Positions 39,205-49,500 of a stretch of DNA of 64,000 nucleotides are shown here, piece by piece. The stretch covers positions 186,001-250,000 of the forward strand of contig JBPGPT010000007.1 in NCBI GenBank assembly GCA_051047955.1, in the 5' to 3' direction. Origin of the DNA: Cystobasidiomycetes sp. EMM_F5 (Eukaryota). Made by a program: the position numbers and the translations under genes. How positions within the stretch are numbered: the stretch's first letter is position 1; every line of letters starts with the position of its first letter. The notes below the pieces were generated by a model. That model was given only the letters and a program-made list of their open reading frames with translations. It had not been told where the DNA came from and ran no database searches.

Positions 39205-39510
39205 ATGATGCTCGTCCACGCAACCCTAGCACTGTGCATTGCTGCGGCCTGTACTACTGCTGTCCCCGTTCCATCGGCTTCGTCTAGCGAGACGTACACA
39301 TTTACTATGGCCTCTTACCCTGGCTACAGTACTGGCTCGTCCACTTACACCTATTCCAAGGGCGAGATGCGCACTATACAGGTAGCAAAAGACGTTGCAC
39401 TAGCAGATCCTGACAGATACCTGCCTGCAACAACGGAGGTTGTTGTTTCGGTTGTCCCCACTGGCGAACCAGTCTGGTACACTACAACCGAAACATACGG
39501 ATGGAAGTAG
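39205..39510 (+). CDS. Small secreted Thr-rich protein, array copy 9
   Basis: Near-duplicate of copy 7 including promoter (TATAA at 39081); ADPDRYLPATT...PTGEPVWYTTTETYGWK. Confidence 0.88.
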   Translation: MMLVHATLALCIAAACTTAVPVPSASSSETYTFTMASYPGYSTGSSTYTYSKGEMRTIQVAKDVALADPDRYLPATTEVVVSVVPTGEPVWYTTTETYGWK

Positions 39511-39969
39511 CGACAGCATGTCATAACATATTGTCGGTAAAGAGAGTGTACTATGTATTTCGTTGATTATGACACAATCCCACCACGCGAGCCCGTATCT
39601 TTACCATCGTTGCAGGCTTTACTAACAGATGTCTACTTTCTGACGTCTAAACCTACTGTGAAGAGTGACAGGATGAAAATTGACCATTCGCATGCATTCG
39701 CCAATATCATGCAGGGTGACCGGCTCGCTGTCCTGCGATAGAGCCTGGGTTCGCAGGCATCGAGCCATGTTGCGGTGTGAGACCTCCCTCGCCGGAGCGC
39801 TTCCATCGGACTCGACCCTAGTGATGAGAAATAGCTGTGCAGCCACGACGCGGGAAGTTCTCAAAAAGCGACAGCGCTATGACCACTCTTGACTTCGTGT
39901 TATCCGCTCATACACACACACTTTTCAAACAGGCCTGCAAATCTACTTCAATATCGACACTCACATCTA

Positions 39970-40290
39970 ATGCTGCTCAAGGCTACATTTGCGCTCTGTG
40001 TGACTGCTGCCGTCGTTTCCGCTGCTCCACTAGTGACCGTCGAATCTGTCATCAATCCCACTACTACCGAGGTTCGCACCATCACAGGTCTTTCATACGC
40101 TGGCTCAATCCTCTCCACATCCTGGCGTACCCTCACCAAGGGCGAGCCGCGTCCCTTGACGAGCCTACCGAGTGATTTATCTCAGAGTCCCGATAAGTAC
40201 TATCCCGCAACGACTATGGCAAACGTTGCACTTGTCGGCACCGGTGTAGGTACTCCTTACACCACGGTCGTTACGCACATCGCCAAGTAG
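39970..40290 (+). CDS. Small secreted Thr-rich protein, array copy 10
   Basis: MLLKATFALCVTAAVVSAAP...RTLTKGEPR...SPDKYYPATT...GTPYTTVVTHIAK. Confidence 0.82.
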   Translation: MLLKATFALCVTAAVVSAAPLVTVESVINPTTTEVRTITGLSYAGSILSTSWRTLTKGEPRPLTSLPSDLSQSPDKYYPATTMANVALVGTGVGTPYTTVVTHIAK

Positions 40291-40600
40291 ACTTGAACAA
40301 CGTTGAATCAGCATGATCGATACGCGCGTTCAATTGCCATTTCCCCGCACTTTACTTTTCGTAGAGCATTGGTTTGCAACCATCAGGCATGTGTTGTGTT
40401 GCTCTTTCGTAATGACTTTCGCAGACCATTGATCTGTTTATGTGATTTGCATCACTGGCCTATCGGAGACTTGACATATTGCGCCCCCACACGTGCATCG
40501 AATGCCGTCACGGTCTGCCAATATCGAGAGCGACCTTGTAGCAGCGTTTGAGCATATTGAGGATTATCGTTGTGTCCACCGATTTGTAGTAAATCGTTGC

Positions 40601-42855
40601 ATGCTCAGCAGACGAGTCGCCGTCTCTGCTCGCTCAGCCAGTCTCGCAGTATCGCGTATAGCTCCCATCCGGCTCTTTACATCAACACACTCGGTCATCA
40701 TGGCAGCTGTCCAGAGGATCCGCGTAGCTAGCGTGGACGATTTGAAAGATGGATCCATGAAGGAGGTGAGTCTGCATGTATTCAGGAAAGAAACAGGCTC
40801 CTCGATGGCTGAGAGCGTTGCATATCCCCCGTGACGATAGGTTGAATTCGGCGATGCTGGAAAGGTATTGCTGTCAAAGATCAAAGGACAGCACTACGCT
40901 ATCGGCAGCAAGTGCTCGCATTACGGTGCTCCGCTGGCCAAAGGTGTCATTACTCCAGAAGGTCGCATCGTTTGGTGAGCTGCGACCGCGTTGACGCTGT
41001 AATGCCGGTGGCTGACATCGTACAATCCTCAGCCCGTATGTTGCTTCGAATGCTTCACTTCTATTCTACTTATTCTTTGCCCCGACAGATGGCACGGAGC
41101 CTGCTTCAACGCGTGCACCGGCGACATCGAAGACGCCCCTGCCCCGCAGAACCTACAAGCGTTTAAGGTGCATACTGCGCTACGACAGTTCAAACGTTCG
41201 GTGTCTCACTAATGCGTTATTCAGGTTGACATTGACGGAAAAGATATCTACGTCTCGGCCGATCCTGCACTCGTCAAGCAAAACACTCGAAGCACAAAGC
41301 CGCCTGCCGGAACTGCGGCTGCTGATACCAAGGGGGTTGTCTTTGTCGGAGGCGGTAGTGGCGCCCTGTACGGTGTCGAAGGATTGCGCGAGGTGGGGCT
41401 GCTAAGTACACCTTACGAAAACATGCTCAAATTAGGTATCTCCAGTCTGGGTACACTGGTCCTATCAAGATCATCTCCCAGGAGAACTATCTTCCAATTG
41501 ATCGCACAAAGCTGTCAAAGGCGCTCATTGATGATGCATCGAAATTAGCAGTGCGTGACGAGCAGTGGTACAAGGACAACAAGGTAGATCTTGAACTCGG
41601 CAAGACTGTTGAGAGCGTCGACATCGAGAAGCAGACAGTGTCTGTGCAAGGGGGCAGCAGTGTCGGTTACGATCACTTGGTGTTGGCTTCTGGTGCTACT
41701 CCCAGCGTGAGTTCATCCGAGTCAAATACAGAATGCAAGGCTAATTACTAATTCAATGCGATCATGCAGCGCTTGCCGATTGACGGAGCAGACCTTGGCA
41801 ATGTCTTCGTCCTGCGGACTATTGAAGATACCAAAGCGATAAACTCCGCAATCGCTGCCTTCTCTACATCTCAGCCCGAAGTGTTGCAGAAAGCCGAGGA
41901 GAAACTTGGTGTAGACGGACCCTTCAAACCAAACCTCGTAGTCATCGGGTCTAGCTTCATCGGCATGGAAGTCGCCCTGGCTGGTGCAAAGAAGGCCAAT
42001 GTCACAGTCGTTGGAATGGATAAGGTTCCGTTCGAAAAGATCCTCGGTCCTCAAATCGGTAACGCTCTGCGCAAGAATCACGAAAAGCAGGGAATCAAAT
42101 TCCACCTTCCTGCTGAACTGTCGCATCTCAAGCCGTCCGACAAGGACAGCAAGAAGGTCGGAGCAGTGGTACTCAAGTCCGGAGAGGAGGTGCCTGCGCA
42201 CGTCGTTATTATGGGAACAGGGGTTAAACCCGTCACCGGTTACGCACAGAAGATTCCCGGCATCCAGCTTAACGACAAGGACAAGTCTATCACAGTAGAT
42301 GAGCAGTTGAGATTAAAAGGCATCGGGAAGAACAACGTATACGCAGTTGGCGATATTGCCTACTTCCCCGATGTCAAAACGAATGAGTCTCTTCGCATTG
42401 AGCACTGGAATGTTGCAGGTAATCATGGCAGATCTGTCGCAAATGCCATCACCGGTAGCAAGGAGCCGTATAACAAGGTAAGCTTTAGCCCGGTGTGCGC
42501 ACGAGTATTAAGGACTGATGCGGAGTAACCACCAGACGGCCATTTTCTGGTCAGCTCAGGGCGCACAATTGCGCTACGTCGGGTCGTCCAAATCGTCGCA
42601 GTGGGATGATGTATACATTGACGGCAACCCGGAGGAGCTCAAGTTTATTGCTTACTATGGCAGTACGTCCATCCCATCATAAGCTTCGTTGCGCAGGCTG
42701 ATTGTGCATTCGCAGAGGGCGACGAGATTGTTGCTGTATGCAGCATGGGCAGAGATCCGATTGTCACCCACTGCAGCGAGCTGTACACAAAGCAAAAGAT
42801 GCCGTCGTACAGCGAGGTCAAGTCTGGTAAGGATCCCTTGACGATTTCGTTGTAA
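40601..42855 (+). CDS. Rieske-domain AIF-like flavoprotein (AIFM3/Aif1-like pyridine nucleotide-disulfide oxidoreductase), multi-exon
   Basis: Rieske CSHYGAPL...[58 protein letters not shown]; Arg/Ser-rich mitochondrial-type presequence. Confidence 0.92.
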
Positions 42856-42970
42856 CGAGAGAAGTATGTATGCCAAACAATTGCACTGTATCATTCCAAT
42901 TTGCTTGAGCTATGACCAGTCCTGGCTGCGGCATCTCGTTTGGCGTCCGACTGATTGCCCACTTCGAGCC

Positions 42971-45900
42971 ATGGAGACTGACAGCGGTGCTGCGGGTGCT
43001 GAAGGGCAGGAGCTCGAGGTCGCTGACGATATCGAAGCATCAAGTGTGCGTACTGCGCTGAGTGGAGCTGAAGCAAGCTGCAGCCGGCTGACAATTGCTC
43101 GACTTGCATGACCGTCCTGGATGATCGACTCGCAATATGCTTCCCATGGATCCCAATCCTCGCGCATCCTGCAGTACTTTGCCCTCACAGTCCTCAATAA
43201 CGGCGTCACCCTCCGCCTGGCTGACCCAAACCCCCAAATTCCAGCGAGATGTAACCTATTTGCCGTTTCAAACGTCTATGGGCTGGCAGTCTGGGTGACT
43301 TCTAGGGGTCAGTGAATGCTCATTCGCTTCTACACAATGCAATGCTCATGCATTCCTCATTCACAATCAGGCTTTGCGCTGGCGAAAACGGCAGACCTTC
43401 GACAACTATACATCTCTACGGCGCAACGAACGCTAGCCAATGTCACACCCTTGCGTACGGTGGAAGCCGGTCAAGGAAGTCTTCATGTATTGCGCTTTGC
43501 TTCAGCCGATACCCTGTTGGTCGCGACAGGCCCCGCTTTACAAGGCGGAATAGGCCTATGGCAATTGAAAGGGCTGGTCGATGGTTCACAAGTCAGTCGA
43601 GATTGATATCACATGCATGAATCCATCTAAATCATTGTCGTATCTCTGCAGACATCTCCAGTACATATCTTCCCGCCATCAGGCTCTTCTCCGATAGTAG
43701 ACTTGCTTCCGAACCCGAGCGACAAGCCAGAGCTCTTAGCCGCTCTCTCAGGAGACGGTCACATGACTATGTATAATCTCATTACGCTATCAGCTACCGC
43801 TCAATTCGGTTCAGGCTTGACCTCGGGTCTGTTGACTCACGTTCATCATGCGAAGTTGACCGTAAACTAAATAAACTCTTGTATCTGCAGCATGCTGGTC
43901 TGTGAAAGGCAAACAGATTGTATGTGGGGATAGTACTGGAACTCTAACCCAATATACACCTGAAGGGAAAGCGGCAGCAAGTGTTCCGCCACCTCCGTCA
44001 CAAGCTGGCAGAGTACCACTGGACATCCGCTGGGTAGAAAATCTTGTCTTCTTTGTCACTTATCAAGACCCGGAGAACACGATGGTGACAGACGTCTTCA
44101 TCCTGAGCCGTGAAAAGAAGGATGGTCCAGTGGCGTATCAGCCCATACTTGATCCGCTCATGGTAGAGAACGCCGACCGGCCAGAGGCACGATGGAGCGT
44201 GTGGCTCAGAGGCTGGCATCCTTTCAAGCATCTTTTATTGGTCGGTAACAGCACGAGCAATACCATTGGCCATATCGGTCAGGCTCCGACGGAAGAAGGC
44301 GGCAGCCATGTCGTATGGTCGCAAATCAAGAATGATTTATACACAACCCTGCCTCTAGACTCTGCCACGACATCGCTGGAGCTAGATTGTACAGCGACAG
44401 AGCCCCTCGCACTGTCCGAAAACTCTCCCAATACACCGCTACCGGTTCTGTGGGCTTACGATACAAGCGGAACACTGTCTGCTTGGATCGTCGCGAACAA
44501 GCTAGGACCGATATATCCAGGTATACAACCCGCCGTGGACATCCTCAACCAAGCCCCTATCGGATCATCTTTAATGCAACAGTCAGACAGCGTGCAATCC
44601 ATGCCCAGCGTCACCACGCCACCTCGACCCGCACCTGCCTTCGCTAGTCCCGCACCAGGAGGATCTCCTTTTTCCTTCTCCTCGTCTCTCAATACTGCTT
44701 CTGCGCTGGGTAGTAAAGGGCTTTTCGCTCCAGCCTTTGGACAGTCTGCTTTTGGGCAACCTGCCGCACCTGCATTCGGACAATCAGCCTTTGGACAGCC
44801 AGCTTTCGGGAAACCGACTGCTTCACCTGCTACTACGCCTACCGCCAATCCTTTCGGCAAGAGTAGCTCTACGACTAGCGGCTTTGCAAGTTTCGGCAAG
44901 AGCGGTGGGCAAAGTGGCTTTGCAACACCTGCATCCGTCGATTCGCCGTTTGCTTCTCGATCAACCTCACCTGCGGCCACACCCGCATTCGCCTCCGCTG
45001 CGCCGTCGACCTTCGCTTCCGCTGGCTTCGGAGGTGCTGCAGCCTCAACACCAGCGTTCGGGCAGCCTAGCGCTGCTTCTCCGTTCGGTGCGTCTATCGC
45101 AGGGACTCCAAAGGATGAACCTCTCAAATCTATCTTCGGGAAAGCCGCAACTTCTGCGACCACATTTGGCACCACCACTTTCGGCAGCAATACTCCATCA
45201 TCGACTGCCTCACCAGCAGCTTCCGACTTCAGCTTCGGCAACAAAACGTTCGGAGCTGCCGCGGAGCCTTCAGCTAGCGGATTTGGTGGGTTGCGCGAGT
45301 CGAATGGGACCGGCTTCACCGGTGGTGATAAGCCCACCAAGCCGCCAGGTCTCGATGACGAGGATGCCGAGCGTCTCGAACCTGTCAAGATCAGCAACGG
45401 TACTGGATTTGAGGAGTCCGATTCGGAAAGCAGTAGCAAAAAAGCCGACAATGCGAGTTCGTTGCCCTCCATGGCTGGGTTTGGCTTCGGAATGCCAGCT
45501 GTCCAGCCTGACAGCACTCGGTCGACGTCTCCATTCGGCAATTTTTCCTCCAATAAAGCGACTCCTGCTGCATCGAGCCTAGTCAGTACTTCTGCGGCAA
45601 CGGGCCCGAGCCAATTCTCGTTCGCGGGGACGTCCAAAAGTCCGGACATTTCTGCTTCGGCTTTCGCTAAGCCTTCGATGTCGCCGGCGGCGGAGGAGTC
45701 GAAGAAATCTGCCTTTACCTTCACCTCGTCCGACAGCAGTAAAGTAAGTGATAACAAGGCAGCAGCACCATCTGCACCATCTCCATTTGCAGTCAAGCAG
45801 ACAGACAGCACGTCTCTTGCAAAGCCGACTGTATCGCCAGCTTTCGGTGCACCGACAGCCTTTGGACAGACCTCGGCCTTTGGACAATCCGCCAGTCCAT

Positions 45901-48426
45901 TCTCAAAACATGCAGCTACTGCAGCGCCTACAACGACTGCTTTTGCAGGGTTTGCCTCCTCATCAGGATCAGGGTCTGGATTTGCCAGTTTCGCATCCCC
46001 ATCCGGTTCGACTTCAGCTTCCCCGTTTGCGTCCTCCACGGCACAGTCACCGATGTCGAACCCGCCGAAGCCTGCGGCGACGTTTGGACAAGCAGGATTC
46101 TTTGGCAGTTTTGCGTCAAAGAAAGATGAACGCGAAACAAAATCGGAACCGCAGACTGTTCTCGACCAAAAAGCTGACAACGAGGAGAAGGCGGAGCTTG
46201 ATACGACGGCTAACTCTGCAAGCGAGCATGAGGATAGTACTGACGAGTACGAAATAGTTGAGAGTAGCGAAATGTTGGAGCAATCAAATGTCAACGACAC
46301 CAAGGAAGCCGTAACGGAGGATGAAAAATCAGACGAATCAGCAGAAATTAGCGACTCACATACTAGCGGTGTGCGCGAATCATCTGGTCAATCTCAAGAT
46401 CAAACCGTTGACGAGGCTGGGGACCAGGTCGTCGATGACGCTGCAACGGCCAGCGGTGTCGATTCAACTACTGTAAGCGAGCCTGATTCTCCAACCTTGG
46501 CTGCGAAGCATCCTCGCCCGACCTTGCTGGGTCAGCTGTCGCAGAAGCAAGAAAGTCTACAGCCAGCTGTGCAGCCAAAAGAATCCAATGGTTGTAGAGA
46601 GCCCAGTAAACCAGCCTTCAGCTTTGCACCCCACAAAGCTCCAACCTCAGATAACCAGTCACATTTTGCGTCTTCTTCACCTACGGTAGCGTCGCCACAA
46701 GAGGATAAGGCTTATGTCGATACCTTACCAATGAGTTCGAGAGATGCGGTCGCTACGCCGAAAGGTGGTGAGGCGTTGACTGCGAGTGACGGTAAAATAG
46801 AGCCGCCTCGTGAAGCCTTGTCCCCGCCGGACGGGCGACCTAATCTAGTCAAATCAGAATTCACACCGGCTCCGTCGTCTGCTCAGCCTACTTTCTCATT
46901 CTCGAGCTCCAGTCCAGGAGCTTCTGATTCTCAACCGAAGCCATTCGGTTTCGCCAATTTCCAAAAGACTGCTCCTCGCACATCGTCACCATTAGCGAGC
47001 ATGTCCTACGCTCCTCCTGCAAGTCCTTCCAAGTCCGACTTGTCAGCCCTCTCGTCAACGTCAGGACCGGACGTCACCCAAGACTCATTCTCTGGCCTGC
47101 CTCCTGACACTCCGACCGGCAACAAAGAAGCCAGGCAATCCGCATTTGGAATCAAGCCCTCGCAAACCTCAACTTCCAGCCAGCCAGCTTTACTGGCGCC
47201 CCAGCCTCAACAGCCTCCCGCTCGACCGGTTTCTCCCCATAGAGTTCCTTCTTCAAGCAGTAATGCCTCTTATACTTCAAGTGTTTCTAACGTGCCACCG
47301 AAGCTGTCTAGTTCGCCAACGAAGGGCGCCGCCGCTCAATCAAATAGACCCAATGGTGTGAATTTGTTTGTAGACATGCATGAACAGCTTCTCGAGGTCC
47401 GTACTTGCATCTTCATTGAACAACAGGGTCCTTACTGACCTTTGCTGCGACAGCTAAAATCTTCTAGCCGTAGCTGCATGGAGTTTGTTCAAGCAGTCAG
47501 AAGGCCAAATTTGCCGGATCTAGGTTCAAACGACTCTACAGAAGCATTTGATCCCTTGGATGTCATTGAGGACGAGTGGAGTATGGGAGACCTGCCAAGA
47601 TTGGCTGAAGTTGCCCGGCTCCTTACGCAAGGCATGGAAGAAGTAACGCTAAGTGCAGAATCGAGCGAAAAATCTGCGAAAGAGTTTGAAGGAGCGCTAT
47701 TGAGAAGTACGTCCAATTTCAATCAAACTGACAACGAGAGCGTATTGAAAACGAATGTCCCGATTTATGACAGCCAAAGCAAAAGTGGAAGAGATTGCTC
47801 GTTATGTTCGAGCGAGGGAAGATCCGACCTTGGCAAGACTAATTCGCATAAGACAGCTGGGACCCGAGCAGCAAGCCAATCAGGCTCGCATCAGGTCAGC
47901 GCACCAAGCTGTTGAAAGTGCACTCGTTTCGGCAGAATCGGCACTGTCAAGATTGCACTCTCAGGTACTGGACCGGAAGATGGGTCGGAGTCCAATGAAA
48001 GCGCCAAGCATTGATACAATTCACAGAGCAATGCGGAACATTACCAGAGCTTTGGAAGTCCGAAGAGCAGAGCTTGACGATCTCCAGTTACGGCTAGACA
48101 TGGTTTATCTCAGTACTTCGAGACATAATACGCCTAAAGCAGAGAGGCACAGAAAAATCCAGGCAAACGGATCACCCGAGGACAGCGGACGTGTCAGCAG
48201 GGACGCTAGCCCCAACAAATCGTTCGATGCATCTTTCAGGGGTGATGATGCTAAAACGGGCAACGGACAACAAGGCATCCAGCGCGCGCAGAAAGTATCC
48301 TCAGAGGTTGAAAGACGTGTGCAGCGTATGCTCGATGCCGAGGTATTTGGTCAAGAGCTCAAGAAATCCTTCGCTGCGGCTGGTCGGACGACCCCGCTGT
48401 TCAGTACAGTCGAGGTCGCGCCGTGA
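42971..48426 (+). CDS. NUP159: FG nucleoporin Nup159/Nup214-like, multi-exon
   Basis: N-terminal beta-propeller (CNLFAVSNVYGL, WSVKGKQIVCG), long PAFGQ/SFG/FG region (ORF 43902-47438), acidic stretch, C-terminal coiled coil (RQLGPEQ...APSIDTIHRAMRNI). Confidence 0.88.
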
Positions 48427-48644
48427 AGGCCCGTATTGACTAGCACCCTTACACGTCACGATTGCAGTGACAGCCACAGAGACCCGCCTCTCTTGATCGC
48501 TGCCGATTGCGGTGCCTATTTGCGCGTTGAAATCGTTCTTGCGCCCGTCGTTTCCCTCTTTCCTCTCTTCTCAACCCAACTTCTCAACAAATCGAGAGAA
48601 CACAAAGTCACAAACGCACTAGTACCAACGTACAACACGCAACA

Positions 48645-49139
48645 ATGTTTGCACCACGCAAGAGACCTGCCAACGCCGCTTCTGCTAGCGGCAGCACCCC
48701 TGTCGCAACCCCGGCCCGCACTGTCATCAAACCCAAGATGGTCAAGTACACCGTTCGCAGACCTCGCGAACGACCATGCTACCTCCATCAGATGGATGAA
48801 TGGCACGAGTACAAGATGGAAGAAGCCAAGCTCAAGAAGCGTGCTGCTGAGCGCCTCGCTGCCGAGAAGGGGGAGGCCGAGGTTGAGCATCCCAGCAAGC
48901 GCCAAGCAACCGACAAGAACAAGGTCGAGGGCGATACAAGCAGCAGCAATACCAGCACGAGCACTACTCCAGTCAAGCAAGGCAGCCTCACTCCCGCCAG
49001 CACCGGCGACACACCATCTCCCGATGCCGGTGTCAGGGGTGAACCCGCCGTCGATCTCGCGGCCGTAAATCTCAGACTCTTCGTCTTTCCCCCAATGCCT
49101 CTACCGATGCCATCTACACCTACGCCATCTTGCTCGTAG
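48645..49139 (+). CDS. Hypothetical basic low-complexity protein
   Basis: 164-aa intronless ORF with good ATG context (caacaATG) after a pyrimidine/CA-rich leader. Confidence 0.5.
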   Translation: MFAPRKRPANAASASGSTPVATPARTVIKPKMVKYTVRRPRERPCYLHQMDEWHEYKMEEAKLKKRAAERLAAEKGEAEVEHPSKRQATDKNKVEGDTSSSNTSTSTTPVKQGSLTPASTGDTPSPDAGVRGEPAVDLAAVNLRLFVFPPMPLPMPSTPTPSCS

Positions 49140-49500
49140 AGACTGGTCTTGTTTGCTCTATCTCGTGAGTTGTGGTCTCGTATCCCACTGTTGCCGTCCA
49201 GGGGCTGATGACTCCTGTAATTTCTCGTGCTTCAGACTCAACGACTGGCAACGCATCTAAGGGACTCTGCCAAGCATCGCACATGGTTATCCACCTCATA
49301 CCCTCGTTTTCAGTCCCCTTCGCAACCTGGCTCCCCGCATTACCGCAGTCTATGTTTCACGCTCGTAACGCATAGGACAGTCTGATGTTGTGTGCAGTCG
49401 TTGTTTCTCTTGCTGTTGTTACCGTTTAATGCACTTTATTCACTCACAAGCTCTTATACTGTCTTTGTCATAGTTTTGCCCTCTGCCGCTCTCCAACTCG

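Larger units (their letters stand above)
36465..39560 (+). repeat. Diverged tandem segmental duplication units (promoter plus small gene)
   Basis: Homologous upstream blocks at ~36465-36900, ~37970-38390 and ~38850-39200 share TGCGCTGACGCGC and GTCACCGG(G/C)TTGC; 36750-37250 closely resembles 39055-39560. Confidence 0.8.

Noticed and set aside
36465..39560. Repeats as a transposon, LTR or CRISPR array
   Set aside because: The units are promoter-plus-gene duplications; no transposase or RT ORF, terminal inverted repeats or regular repeat-spacer structure.
19200..40290. Genome-wide reassignment of TAG to a sense codon, prompted by two in-frame TAGs
   Set aside because: TAG is the normal terminator of several genes here (e.g. 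33835, 37202, 38698, 39510, 40290) at positions matching TGA/TAA stops in paralogues.
29703..40290. Array proteins as hydrophobins, Kex2-processed RiPP/repellent precursors or GPI adhesins
   Set aside because: No 8-Cys pattern, no internal KR-delimited repeats, no hydrophobic C-terminal GPI signal, and no DUF3328 or prolyl oligopeptidase gene in the window.
44456..46303. 615-aa minus-strand ORF
   Set aside because: Antisense shadow of the low-complexity FG-repeat exon of NUP159; no independent motifs.
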